Assembly: GCF_009914755.1 (NCBI RefSeq)
Contig: NC_060930.1
Reading direction: 5' to 3' (one strand)
Length of the DNA: 64,000 bases
From: the human T2T-CHM13v2.0 reference genome, Homo sapiens
Shown: positions 1 to 13,259 of the stretch, piece after piece
How positions within the stretch are numbered: the stretch's first letter is position 1
Layout of the letters: each line of letters opens with the position of its first letter
The notes under the pieces: generated by a model
Database searches by the model: none
What the model saw: only the letters and a program-made list of their open reading frames with translations
What the model was told of the DNA's origin: nothing
Made by a program: the position numbers and the translations under genes

Positions 1-1719
1 TCAGGGGGTACGTGTGCAGGTTTGTTAAATGGGTGAATTGCCTGATGCTGAGATTTGGGGTATTAATGGTCCCATTACCCAGGTACTGAGCATAGAAACC
101 AATAGTTTTTCAAACTTTACCTTCCTCTTTCCCTCCATCATCTAGAAGTCCCCAGTTTCTATTGTTGCTATCTTTATGTCCATGAGTACTCAATGTTTAG
201 CTCTCACTTATCAGTCAAAACATGTAGTGCTTGGTTTTCTGTCCCTGCATTAATTCACTTAGAATAATGGCCTTCAGCTCCATCCATGTCACTGCAAAGG
301 ACATGATTTTGTTCTTTTTTACGGCTGTGTAGTATTCCGTGGTGTATATGTATCACATTTTCTTTAGCCAGTCCACCATTGATGGGCACCTAGGTTGATT
401 TCCATGTCTCTGCTATTGTGAATAGTGGTAAAATGAAAATGCAAATGCATATGTCTTTTTGGTAGAATGATTTATTTTCTTTTGGATATATACCCAGGAA
501 TGGCATTGCTGGGTCATATGGTAGCTCTGTTTTAAATTCTTTGAGAAATCTTCAAACTGCTTTCCACAGTGGCTCAATTACTTTACATTCCCACTAACAG
601 TGTATAAGCATTCCTTTCGTTCCACAGCCTCACCAACATTTCTTGTTTTCTTGACTTTTTAATAGTAGACATTCTGACTGGTGTTAGATTGTATCTCATT
701 ATGGTTTTGATTTGCATTTCTCTGATGATAAGTAATGTGAAGCATTTTTACATATGTTTGTTGGTTACTTGTATGTCTTCTTTTGAGAGTAATCTGTTCA
801 TGTCTTTCACTCATTTTTAATGGAGTTGTTTAGCTTTTTGCTTGTTCAGTCGTTTAAGTTCCTTATAGATTCTGAATATTAGACCTTTGTTGGATGCGTA
901 GTTTGCAAATATTTTTGCCTATTCTGTAGTTTGTCTATTCTGTTGTTAGTTTCTTTTGCTGTGCAAAAGCTCTTTAATTAGGTCCTACTTGTCAATTTTT
1001 GTGTTTGTTGCAATTGTTTTTCAGAACTTAGTCAATAATTATTTCCCAAGGCCAATGTCCAGGAAGATACTTCCTAGGTTTTCTTCTAGGATTCTTATAG
1101 GCTGGGTCCTTACATTAAAATCTTTAATCCATCTTGAGTTAATTTTATGCATGATGAAAAGTAGGGGTATAGTTTCATTCTTCTGCATATGGCTAGCCAG
1201 CTATTCCAGCACCATTTATGGAATAAAGAATTCTTTCCCCATTGTGCATTTTTGTCAGCTTTGTCAAAGATGAGATGGCTGTAGGTGTGCAGCTTTATTT
1301 CTTGATTCACTATTCTGTTCCATTGGTCTATGTCTGTTTTTGGACCAGTACCATGCTGTTTTGGTTACTGTGGGCTTCTTGTATAGTTTGAAGTCAGGTA
1401 ATGTGATGCGTCTGGCTTTGTTCTTTGTGCTTAGGATTGCTTTGGCTATTCAGGCTCCTTTTTGGTTTCCTGTGAATTTTAGAATAGCTTTCTCTAGTTC
1501 TGTGGAAAATTATGTTGGTAGTTTGATACGAATAGTGTTAAATCTCTAGATTGCTTTGGGCCATATGGTCATTTAATGATATTGATTCTTCCAACCCATG
1601 AGCATGGAATGTTTTTCTATCTGTTTATCTGTTTGTTCATTTACGATGTCTTTTAGCAGTGTTTTGTAGTTCTCCTTGTAGAGATCTTTCACCTTCTTTG
1701 TTAGATGTATTCCTAGGTA

Positions 1720-1748
1720 GTGTGTGTGTATGTGTGTGTGTGTGTGTG
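1720..1748. repeat. (TG)n microsatellite inside the L1
   Basis: Direct reading. Confidence 0.95.
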
Positions 1749-2350
1749 TCTATTGTAAATGGGATTGTGTTCTTGATTTGGCTCTCAGCTTGAACATTAT
1801 TGGTGCATAGAAATGCTACTGATTTGTGTACATTGATTGTGTATACTGAAACTTTACTGAAGACATTTATCAGTTCTAGTAGCTTTTTGGCAGAGTTTGA
1901 GGTGTAGAATCATAGCATCCATGAAGATAGATAGTTTGATTTCTTGCTTTCCTATTTGGATGCCTTTTATTTCTTGCTCTGGCCTCATCACTCTGGTTAG
2001 CACTTCCAGTACTATGATGGACAGGAGTAATGAAAGTAGGCACCCCTGTCTTGATTCAGTTCTCCATAGGAATGCTTCCAGTTTTTGCCCATCCAGTATG
2101 ATGTTGGTATGAGTTTGTCAAAAATTGCTCTTATTATTTGGAGGCATGTTCCTTCAGCGCCTCATTTCTTGAGGGTTTTGGTCATAAAGGGATGTTGGAT
2201 TTTATCAAAAGCTTTTTCCATGACTATTGAGATGATCATATAGTGTTTTTTTTTAATTCTGTTTATGTGGTGAGTCATATTTATCAATTTGCATATGTTG
2301 AACCAAACTTGCATCCCAGGAATGAAGCCTACTTGATTGTTGCGAATTAA

Positions 2351-2628
2351 TTTTTTTTTTTTGCAACAGGGTCTCACTCTGTTTCCTAGGCTGGCGTGCA
2401 GTGGTGTGATCACGGCTCACTGTGGCCTCAGCCTCACTGAGTTCAGGTGATCCTCCCACCTCAACTTCCAGAGTAGCCGGGACTACAGGAGCATGCTACC
2501 ACACCAAGCTAATTTTGTATATTTTTTATGGAGATGGGGTTTCACCATGTTGCCCAGGCGGGTCTTGAACTTCTGGGCTTAAGTGATCTGCCCACCTCAG
2601 CTTCCCAAAGTGTTAGGATTAAAAGTGT
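2351..2628 (-). mobile_element. AluJ-like SINE nested in the L1, missing about 18 nt at its 5' end
   Basis: Poly-T followed by antisense Alu body. TSD-like CGAATTAA at 2343-2350 and 2629-2636. Confidence 0.92.
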
Positions 2629-5600
2629 CGAATTAAATTTTTGATGTACTATTGGGTTCAGTTTGCTAGCATTTTGTTGAGGATTTTTTATCTATGTCCA
2701 TTAAGGATATTGGTCTGTAGTTTCCTTTTTTCACTGTGCCTTTGCCAGGTTTTGGTATCAGGGTGATGCTGGCCTGATAGAATGAGTTAAGGAGGAGTCC
2801 CTCCTCCTTGTTTTCTTGGAATAGTTCCAGTAGAATTGGTTCCAGCTCATGTTTGTACATATGGTGGAATTTGGCTGTGAATCCATCTGGTCCAGGGCTT
2901 TTTTTGTTGGTAGCCTTTTTTATTGTTATTGTTAATACTGATTCAATTTTGGAACTCAATATTGACTTGTTGAGGGTTTCAATTTCTTCCTGATTCCATC
3001 TCAGAATATTGTTTGTTTCCTGGAATTTATCCATTTCCTCTAGATTTTCTAGTTTGTGTGCATAGATGTGTTTATAATAGTCTCTGAGGATACTTTATAT
3101 TTCTGTGGGATCGATTGCAATGTTACCTTTGTCATTTCTGATTGTGCTTATTTGGAGCTTCTTTTTTGTTTGTTTGTTTGTTTGTTTATCTAGCTAGAAG
3201 TCTACTGATCTTGTTTTTCCTTTCGAAAAACAACTTTTGGTTTCATTGATTCTTTGTATGGATTTTGGGGTCTCAATTTGGTTCAGTTCTGCTCTGATTT
3301 TAGTTATTAGTTTCCTTTGCTAGCTTTGGGGCTAGTTTATTCTTGTTTTTCTAGTTCCTCTATGTGTGATGTTAGATTGTTAATTTCAGATCTTTCTAAC
3401 TTTTTTAGATAAATGTTTAATGCAATAACCTTTCCTCACAACACTGCTTTTGCTGCAATCCAGAGATTTTGGTATGTTGTGTTTCTGTTTTGATTTATTT
3501 CCAACAATTTTTGGACTTCTGCTTTAATTTCACAGTTTACCCAAATTCAGGAGCAAGTTGTTTCATTTTCATACATTATGTGGTTTTGAGAGATCATCTT
3601 GGTATTGATTTCTATTTTTATTCCACTATGATCTGAGAATATTGTTGGTATGACTTCAAGTTTTTAAAATTTATTGAGACTTCTTTTATGGCCAAGCCTG
3701 TGGTCCATTTTGTAGTTTGTTCTGCGTGCACATGAAAAGAATGTGCATTCTCTGGTTGATTTGTGGAGTATTCTGTAGATATCAATTAGGTCCAGTTGGT
3801 CAAGTGTCAAGTTGAAGTCCAGAATTTCTGTGTTAGTTTTCTGCTACAATGCTTTCTATCTATGCTGACAGTGAGGTGTTCAAGTTCCTCGCTGTTATTG
3901 TGTGTCTGTTTAGGTGTTTTCATAGGTCTAGAAGTACTTGTTTTGTGAACCTGGGTGCTCCAATATTGGGTGTGTATGTATTTAGAATAGTTACGTTTTT
4001 GTTGAATTGAATTCTTTTTCATTGTTTAATGCCCTTCTTTAATATTTTTTTTTTACTGTGTTGGTTTAAAGTCTGTTTTATCTGACATAAGAATAGTGAT
4101 CCCTGCTCCTTTTTGTTTTCCATTTGCATAGTAAATCTTTATCCAACTTTTTACTTTGAGGCTTTACTTGTAAGGTGGGTCTCTAAAAGAGAGCAGTTGA
4201 ATGGGTCTTGCTTTTTCATCTAACTTGTCACTCTGTGTCTTTTAAGTAAGGCATTTAGACCATTTACATCAAGGTTAATAGTGATATGTTAATCACAATA
4301 GGATAGGTTTTGAAGTTGTTACCTGATAGCTTTGTAGTTTCTATTGTGTGGTTGCTTTATAGGGTGTGTGGGCTATGTACTTAAGTGTGTTTTTGTGGTA
4401 GCAGACATTGTTCTTTTGTTTCCATGTTTAGGACTCCCTTCAGTATTTCTTGTAAGACTAGACTACTGGTAACAAATTATGGTAGTGCTTGATTGCCTGG
4501 AAGAGTTTATTTCTCCTTTGCTTATGAAGCTTAGTTTGGTGGGATATGTCATTTTTAGTTGGAATTTCTTTCCTTAAAAAATGCTGGAAATAGGCCCCCA
4601 GTCTCTCCAGGCTTGTAAGGTTGCTGCTGAGAAGTCCACTGTTAACCTGACAGGGTTCCCTTTGTATGTGATCTGACCTTTTTCTCTAGTTGCCTTTAAG
4701 ATTTTTTTGTTAGCATTGACCTTGGACAGTCTGGTGATTATATGCCTTGGTGATATTCATTTTGTATAGTATCTAACAGGTATTCTCTGCGTTTCTCGTA
4801 TCTGGATGTCTACTTCTCTAACAAGATTAGGGAAGTTTTCTTGAATTATTCTCTCAAATATGTTTTCCAGGTTGTTTGCTTTTTCTCCTTCTCTCTTAAG
4901 AATGCCAATAATTTGTAGGTTTGGTTGCTTTACATAATCCCATATTTCATAAAGACTGCTCATTTTTTAAAATTCTTTTTTCTTTGTTTTTGTCCTACTG
5001 GGTTTGTTTGAAAGATTGGTCTTCAAGCTCTGAAATTCTTTCTTTCTGCTTGGTCCAATCTATTGATAAAGCTTCCAACTGTATTTTGGAATTCCTTAAG
5101 TGAGCTTTTCAATTCCAGAAGCTCTAATTAATTTCCTTTTAAAGATGTTTATTTGTTTCTTCATTTCTTAGATTACTTTAGAAGTTTCTTTGTGTTTATT
5201 TTCAACCTTATCTTGGATCTTGTTGAGCTTCCTCACAATTCATGTTTTGAATTCTTTGTCTGTCATTGCTGAGTTTCAATTTTGGTTCGTGACCACTGGA
5301 GAACTAGTATGATCTTTTGGTGGTGTCACTACATTCAGATTTTTCATGGTGCCAGAATTTTTACTCTGGTTCCTCCTCATTTGGAGATGCTGGCACTTCT
5401 AACTTTTGTAATTATTTTCTTGCAGGTAGGATTTTTTTCTTTTTCTCTCAATCAATACCTATAAGCTAGGATTAAAGTTCAGTAAGAACAATTAATAACC
5501 AATCATGTGTCCAACTTTGTAGCTAAACTTCAGAGTTTCTTTCTTAAAAGACAGATACTCAGAGACAAAGGGAATTCAGAGGGTTTAAACAAAATACTTT

Positions 5601-7002
5601 TTCACCAAACTACAGAGTTTATTCTAACCACTCAACCAAGTGAGAAATGAATCGGTTCATTTGGCAAATGGGTTAAAAAAGCATTCCAGGTTCTCCAACT
5701 GAGGGCATGTAACTGTTTCTGTTTTTCCACTTTCAGGCAAGAAGAAATGATAGATAAATTGGTCTATAGTCAAGTAAATTGCCACTGTAGAGACAAGAGA
5801 TACAACTTGTAACACAGCTGGCCTGGACTGACAGAAGATTCAGTAACAATATAAAATAGCAGGAATGATGGAGCTGTAACTTTGTGTGATTCCTCAACAT
5901 CTACCTGGAATAATCAACCATCTTCAGGATTGCAAGCCCCACCACTCCTGTGTTGCTTTATAATCAAAATGACACACTTGGGCAGTTTCTCCAACTGCCT
6001 GATAAATTCAGTTTTCAAATACTAAGGTACTATATGGCATGGTGACTTTACCATTACTCCAGGGTGGGAAGTGACTTTCCACTGTTTGCGGATTACCAAA
6101 GGGAATAAAGCATATTTGACAGTCCCATCTTCATAAAGTCATTTACTTCTCATCTTCTCAAACTTCTCTCTCTACTAGTAGCATCAACAGCTTTTGGGTA
6201 GGATGTGTCATGGAGATCCCAACTGAGCAACTGATCTCCACTGATCCCAAAACATCAAATTATAGAGTAAAATGTGACATGAATAGTTATTTGCAGTCCC
6301 TTCCTCTTTGCTATCTGTTGCAACTCAGCCCTGACCACTTATCAGACTGAGCGTATGCAATAACCATTGCATCTAAACACCTTTGTCTTAATTCCAAGCA
6401 CTGCTTATTGCAAAGCCTTCTCTCTGCCAAAATAAAGACTGCTCCCAACTTCTTTCGGCAAAGATCACATGCTGCTGTACTGCATTTTCAGGGTCTGCAT
6501 CCCATCTGCTATCTGGCAGAAAAAGATCCTTCAAAATGTGTGACATAATCTAGGGGAACGTCCAACTGTTATCCTGGATAAATTTAATGGCAATTGTAAG
6601 TGATGTGTTTAACACCCAGTCTTCCCAGTTCTATTAATGTTCTAGTCTATTCACCTTCATCTCCACTTTATTTCTGCTATAGAGATTTGTATGTTATAAT
6701 TACTGTAACTGATGTACAGTCAAAAATCTTAAACGATATTCCACACTCTCATCACATTATCCTAGCCTGCCTTAGAACTTCCTGTTCTCTCATATACTTG
6801 CTTTTGACCACACTGCAATCTTCAACTCCTTGAACCTCCATTTCTTTTCAATTTACCTTTCTACTCCAGTCCTTATTTCCTTTCTTACCATTTCAACTTT
6901 GTTGACCCATGTCCTCTGTCACACTTCCAATAAAACATCAACCATAGGTGGCACCAAATACCTACTTTCTCTCTTCCAAACTCTGGGCTGATGATTGAAA
7001 AA

Positions 7003-7003
<1 letters not shown>

Positions 7004-7046
<43 letters not shown>
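7004..7046. repeat. (CA)21 microsatellite
   Basis: Direct reading. Confidence 0.97.
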
Positions 7047-7048
<2 letters not shown>

Positions 7049-7329
7049 CATGGGTGCATTGTAAATTCATAATATCTTAACAAGTGATTCTGCAAGATTA
7101 AGTAATATTGAAGATACCCCCACCTAGAAATTCTACCAATACCATTGAAGAACTTCATGGAGAAGAAGACTTGTACAAGGGAATTCAGTAAAGGTGTGTT
7201 TGTAATAGAAGAAAGGAAGACATAAATCAATTGCCAGTTAGGGACATGGATTAATATTCTCTGTTATATTCAAACAATGACTTAGCCAGCCCTCTGATCC
7301 CAGCACCCTCCACCACTCTAACTTCCTCC

Positions 7330-8235
7330 CTCCCAGAGAAAATAAATCAAGAACTTTCTCAACTGCTTACCCCATTCACACACCTATAAACTTACGTGCA
7401 CCTTCACCTCTCCTCATTTGCATCTTTCCTAACTTAGTAGAAGGGTTTCTTCCTTCAGTTCTCTGTATTCCATCCCTGCCCCCAACAAATTCTTAGTGAT
7501 CTCCTTTCATTGGATATCCCTTGTCTCAATTTTGTCTTCATTAGCTCCATTTAAGTCCTTCATTCAACACAAAAATACTGAAGGCCAAGCATGTCCCTGC
7601 CCTCTGTTAACTGCTAAAGATGCTACTAAGCACAATACAGATGTGGCCACTGCTGTCATAGAACTTAGGCAATACCTATTGCTCCCTGGTGGTACTTCCC
7701 TTTCAACCTATATGAATGCTAAGGCCTTTCCCTTTCTCTCTTTCTTATAATTAAACTTCTCAAAATATGTCTGTATTCACTGTTTTCACTTGCTCTCCTC
7801 TTTAACCTACTGCCCTCTGACTTCTAAAATCTCTCTAGCCAATATTATGTATAAATTTCCCATTTAATGCAATGAACACTTTTTATTTCTTCTCTTGACT
7901 TCTCTTGAATGATTGACACTCCAAACTTTCTTGAAATTTTTTTCTTACTATCAGTGGCATTATAATTTTCTGGATTTCTTCTAACAACTATAGCCACTCC
8001 TCTTGCCCTACTCAGCCCAAAACGTGGTATTTATCAAGATTACCATCTCAGGTGTTTTAGCACACTCCACAGTTTCCTTAAAAGTCTCATTCATTCCCAT
8101 CCCATAAACTCTAGAAACCTCTATATTACAATGACTCTTAATCCCTGGCTTCGGTATAAATCTCACCCCTGAATTCCTTTCTTATACCTCATAGTGCCAA
8201 CTGAACATCCTCATCTGGGCAGGTGCCTCAAACCA
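7330..8235. mobile_element. Degenerate L2 fragments, both orientations
   Basis: L2-like pyrimidine-rich body. An antisense L2 3' end (CATTCAACAC...ACAGATGTGGCCACTGC...AGAACTTA) lies at ~7560-7670. Confidence 0.5.
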
Positions 8236-8239
8236 ACAC

Positions 8240-10235
8240 TTGCAGGATAGGATAATAACTCTCCCACTAATAAGAATTATAACAACTGATAAAATACCAA
8301 GAAAAAGGTTACTATAAAATATCTAAGACCAAACCAAGGCAGCCAATATTTGAGCCAAGGGAAGCATATTGATGTGAGGCCTATGTTCACAGCAGTTTTC
8401 ACCCTCAGGGCATTTGTCAATCACAGGGCAAGATGAAAAGGCCAAAGAGAAACAGCAGTATACAGTTGAAATTCAATGGTACAAAGACAGTCAGGACTTG
8501 AAAGATCAAAACTCCAGAGAAAGGGAACCATAGAGAAGCATGACCAGTAGTCTGTTTAAAATGTAAAACATGCAAGCTGAATCTCTGATAGATCAAGCAG
8601 AAAGCATCAATAAAAGGCTAAAAAGCTGAGCACAGTGTTGTTACACTCTTACTGTGTTAGGGACACAAAAACTGGAGTTTAGGGCTCACCAAAGAAGTGT
8701 CCAGTCTTTTTTGAGATCTCTTGAAGGTCTATCCTATAGAACTAAGGGCAAACTGGAAACAGTTCAGCTCAACCAGATCAAAGTTATTTTCTCTTATTCG
8801 ACCATCCTACCAAAAGAAATTTAAATCTTCTGTGAAAGAAAATAACATTATCCAAAGCCTCTATATCTTGTCACTTACAGGGTACACCATTCTATAAAAA
8901 ATTCCAATGAGGAAATAAAACAGGGCCTCATGACTGAAACCAAGAGAAAAAGCAAGGAATAAAAGTACATTGAGAGGTAATACAAATATCAAAGTTATAT
9001 AAAACAGACATTAAAATAATTATTAGCAGTATTTCTAGGAAAAAATAAATAAATGGAGTGTGTTATCAGAGTACTGAAATCTACAATAAAAGTATCAAAT
9101 GGAACTTGTAGAACTGAAAAATATAATTAAAAAGAAGAACTCAAAGATAATTTCTATAGAATAGATACACCAAAAGAGAGGACTAGTACATTGGTCAGGT
9201 TAAAAAATCAAGACTGATACTCAGAAGAAAAGGATTAAAATACCAAAAAAAAAGTAAGAAACATATAGAACATAAGTAATATACATGTAATTGGAGTCTC
9301 AAAAGGAGAAGAGACAGAGAATAAAGAAAAAGCAATATTGTAGCTATAACTAGGTAAGAATTTACCCACGGATTCAAAAAAGTTTATGAACCCATATAGG
9401 GTAAATACAAACAGAACTATATGTGGGCAACCAAAGACAAAGAGAAATTTTAAAGGAGGCCAGAGAAAAGAAGATATTATTTTTAGAGAAGCTATCAAAA
9501 AGACTGAAAGCTGAGTTTTAAACAAAAATAATAAAAGTCAAAGCTGAAAGAAAAATGACTGCCAACATGGATTTTTTTTTACTGGTGCAAATAATCTTCT
9601 AGAAAGAAGGTAAAATAAAAATAATTTCAGGCAAACAAAACCTAAGAGAATTCATAGTCAGCAAATCTAAACTAAAAGAAATACCAAATTAAGTTCTTTT
9701 GGCAAAATAAAAATTATTTCAGATGGAAGTATGGTAATGCAAGAAGGGATGAGAAGCACTGGAAAATGGTAAACATGCTGCTGATACTAAATAAAACTTG
9801 ATCACTTGGTTGTTTAAAGTGGTAACACTAATGTATTGTGAGTTTTATAACAAATGTAGAGGTTAAATATATGACAGTAATTTTATGTAGGACAGGTAGT
9901 AGTTGAAATTGAAGTGTTTAAGGTCCTTGCATTATATAGAAAATCAGAGCCTGATTAGAACTTAATTTAAGGCAGGGTTTCATAAGATACAGATGCTTGT
10001 TATAATAGATTAACCGTTAAGCAATGTTTTGCTAACAAACTAAAATACAGAAAAAATGAAGCAATAAAAACAATTAAGTAAATGCAAAACAAAGAGATAG
10101 GGAAAAGTACAAGTGAGACAAACAGAAAGTGTTTATAAAATTAAAAGATTTAAGCCAAAATACATCAGAAATTATATTAAATGTAAATAGAATAAATATC
10201 TCTTCTAAAAGACAAGGATTGTCAGACTAGATTGT
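8240..10235 (+). mobile_element. Ancient L1M 5' part (ORF1 region to the start of ORF2)
   Basis: A-rich strand with L1M ORF1-type motifs (AATATACATGTAATTGGAGTCTCAAAAGGAGAAGAGA). It ends in the ORF2-start-like AATGTAAAT...AAAAGACAAGGATTGTCAGACTAGAT. Confidence 0.75.
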
Positions 10236-10368
10236 ATCATATACATATATAACTAGATTGTATTATATAAATATTTGTTGACTAGATTGTACCATACAAA
10301 TATACTGTGAAACTTTTTGTATCATTATGTTTAAGGTATAAATAACTCTTGTAAGTATCATATATGTA

Positions 10369-10446
10369 TTATGTGGTGCAAAAGTAATTGTGGTTTTTGC
10401 CATCATGTCGCATGGCAAAACCGCAATTATTTTTGCACCAACTTAA
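10369..10446. mobile_element. MADE1 (Hsmar1-derived MITE), palindromic, miR-548-family-like hairpin
   Basis: TGGTGCAAAAGTAATTGTGGTTTTTGCCAT...ATGGCAAAACCGCAATTATTTTTGCACCA inverted termini, flanked by TA at 10367-68 and 10447-48. Confidence 0.93.
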
Positions 10447-10519
10447 TATGTCGATATAGATATATACATAGACGCATATAGTATGTGGATGTAAGTATTT
10501 TTTTATATATATATGAATT

Positions 10520-10801
10520 TGCAGGTCAAAAATATTCAGAAAAAAATGTTTTTAAGGTACAAATTTAAAAAAGCAATACAGTACGACTATTTACATAGCA
10601 TTTACATTGTGTTTGGTATTATAGGTAATCTAGAAATGATTTAAAATATACAGGAGGATATATGTAGGTTAGATACAAATACTATGCCATTTTATGCAAG
10701 GGACTTGAGCATCTGCAGGTTTTGGTGTGGGAGGCGGTGGTCCTGGTACTGGGGTGGGAGTTCCAGAACCAATCCTCGGTGGATACTATGGGACAACTCT
10801 A
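10520..10801 (-). mobile_element. MER2-type (TcMar-Tigger) DNA transposon relic
   Basis: Matches the reverse complement of the recalled MER2 consensus (GGGACTTGAGCATC...GAACCAATCC...GGATACTATGGGACAACT). Confidence 0.8.
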
Positions 10802-11344
10802 CCTCCTTCAAATTTTATGCTGTTCAAGTAGCACCTCCTCTATGAATTCCTCCTGGACTGCTTACTTCCTGTTGCTACCCCAAGATAGGTGATCCTTTTC
10901 TGTGAATTTAAATTTGCTTCTGATCTAGTCCTGCTCAAAATGCGTGTAATTATCCCTTTACTCATCTGATTCTCCAAACAAACTGAGGAATCAAGAGCAT
11001 GAGTAGTGCCCTTTACTTCAGATACCAATAGATCACACAAAGTCAGCACAAAGTAGGCCTTCAATAAATAAATGAAAAAAAAAAAGACTCATCTTTGTTG
11101 TACAACCATGCCTCAGTTAGTTACCTATGGCTTCTTTCTTGAATCTAAAGAGGTCACACAATTTTATTTATTTATTTTTGGTAAATTTAAAACCTACCTA
11201 GAGAGAATAAAAATATTAAATAATTAAGATCTTTTTCAGAATTTTACTGTTTTGCTCGTCGAATCCTAACATTATATAATCTTACCAAAAAATGGAAATT
11301 CAAACTCTCAAAAATAGATTAAATTCCATATCTACAGAAATTAA

Positions 11345-11560
11345 GGCAGGGGCTCTGGACTCAGACTGCTTGGGTTCTAAATCCCAGCACCCCCCATTCA
11401 CTAGCTGTGAAACAGTGACCAAATTACTTAACCTCTCTGTGCCTCAGTTTCTTCATCTGTAAAATTAGATCAGTGTCTTTGTCTCACACAGTTGCTGTAA
11501 GGATTAAATGAGGTGATAAATGTAACACACCACACATAGTGCATGTGCCTGTTTGATTAC
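11345..11560 (+). mobile_element. MIR SINE
   Basis: Core TTACTTAACCTCTCTGTGCCTCAGTTTCTTCATCTGTAAAAT...GGATTAAATGAG. Confidence 0.88.
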
Positions 11561-12522
11561 TATCTAGTGGTAGTAATAGCAATAGCATCAGCAGCAGTAA
11601 TCTAGATTTAAAAAATGTCTATTTACTGTATGAAAATATTCTCAGTAAATTGTAAAGAGAGTTGTGGCCATAAGGCAAAAACAAAAAAAATTATTCTATG
11701 ATGCATTATTCCTTGAAAAGTCTTCAACCAAACTGTCAGTACTTTCAAAGTATAACTTAGGAAGATATTCATGTGAAAAGTATTGAATTATTGTCACAGG
11801 AATTATGCAAAGCAAGTTACAGGTGTTTCAAAAATACTACCTTTTGTTTAAAATAAAGATGAAGGTAAATCAACACCATATGTTTTTCACTATCAGGTTT
11901 TTAAACATTTAAGTCAGTAAGTTCCTTCCTCAATAGTATAATAGTATAGTCTTTGAAAATATAAAAACCCATTATTGATTTAAAATTAAAACAATGCTGG
12001 TAATACTGCTCCAAGAATCTGACTCTTTTTTAAGAATAAAAATCATTATTTTACCTTCAAAATTGATTTGCATGGTGCTTGATTAAAATGATTTGCAAAT
12101 TAAGTAACTTTCTATTCCCTGAACCATAAAAAACTTTCCTTCCTCTGAACTTAGTACTAAGATTTGTTCCTCTCTGTCCAATAAAATTTTCAGAGATTCA
12201 GTACTCTTACTGCCATTTCCAACAATCAGAGAGCTAGACTTCTTTTAAGATTGGAATAAATAATAGTTTTTTAAAATCTTGGTGATACGGCACTTAAATG
12301 GCCTTCAACTTTCACTTTTGGGGAAAATATTTTTGCATTTCTGATAGTAATGATTAGATGCATAAATAACACAGTGACATATGGTTCTGAAGAGAGCAGA
12401 AAGACTATGTATAATTTTCCATTAAAATGTGTTGGAAAATAAACCTGAAATAAAATTTGATATGTTCATCATTATTTTACAAAGGCTTTTTATGACAACA
12501 ATAACAAAATATTGTATACAAG

Positions 12523-12698
12523 ATATATATGTATATATGTATATATGTGTATGTGTATATATATACATATGTGTATTTATATATACATATATGTGTATAT
12601 ATGTACATATGTGTGTATATATATATGTGTGTGTATTTATATATATATGTGTATATATATATATATACACATATATATATATACATATATATATACAC

Positions 12699-12735
<37 letters not shown>
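12523..12735. repeat. (TA)n/(TATG)n/(TACA)n compound low-complexity tract
   Basis: Direct reading. It generates the spurious YI-rich ORFs. Confidence 0.95.
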
Positions 12736-12736
<1 letters not shown>

Positions 12737-13160
12737 CCTGGAAGTCCTCATGACATCTATAAGCTTAAAACCAATCTTTTGCCTTAAAAATCCAAGTAAC
12801 AATTTTACTACATCCTTATCTTTATGACATGAAATTTTTCCATTAATTATTTTCTGCATTCTGATACAGAAATAAGTTTAAATAATAATTTTATTTTTAA
12901 TTGTTAATGCAGATTTAATATGAAAATGTCTTATTATTTACACATTTTAATACTGCTTCAATGGAATGCCAGAAAAAGTTCTTAAAAATAGGAATATTCA
13001 ACACATAAATTGTTTTAACTAAAACTCTCCTGACAATGTTTTAAATGATTATGTAATTAAGCTGACTGTTTTGACATATTTTAGACACAAGCTAGAACTG
13101 TATAATTCTGTCCCATTTGCCAGAAGCAGAATATATCTTGAAAGTAAAAAAAAAACTTAC

Positions 13161-13259
13161 TTTCAATAAATAAATATTATCTTTGAAAGTTGACATTTTG
13201 ATACCAAAAAAGGCCATATTTCTGTGTATGGCAAAATTAAACAATATTCTTTCCAAGTA
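13161..13259 (-). other. Candidate 99-nt exon, open in phase 0 (YLERILFNFAIHRNMAFFGIKMSTFKDNIYLLK)
   Basis: Acceptor ...ttatacttttag and consensus donor gtaagt. 33 stop-free codons. No homology recognised. Confidence 0.3.

Larger units (their letters stand above)
1..5430 (-). mobile_element. Old L1 (L1PA13-16/L1PB-like), 5'UTR missing, ORFs degenerate
   Basis: The window starts in the reverse complement of an L1 3'UTR. Minus ORFs 2666-3034 ([16 protein letters not shown]2/RT) and 4757-4963 (EIWDYVKQPNL...IIQENFPNL, ORF1) are L1 protein relics. Many stops and frameshifts. Confidence 0.93.

Noticed and set aside
956-5464. Many 60-120 aa ORFs on both strands
   Set aside because: They are fragments or antisense frames of the degenerate L1.
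11799-11920. Plus-strand exon-like units (acag|GAATT...GAAG|gtaaat and tatcag|GTTTT...CA|gtaagt)
   Set aside because: They are isolated and give no coherent reading. They show that chance pseudo-exons occur in this AT-rich DNA, which tempers the minus-strand cluster claim.
12422-12859. Overlapping 73-145 aa ORFs rich in Y/I/H/T
   Set aside because: They are translations of the (TA)n/(TATG)n tract, which lacks stop codons. The same applies to the ORFs at 6885-7230, 22448-22663, 25852-26206 and 63071-63388.
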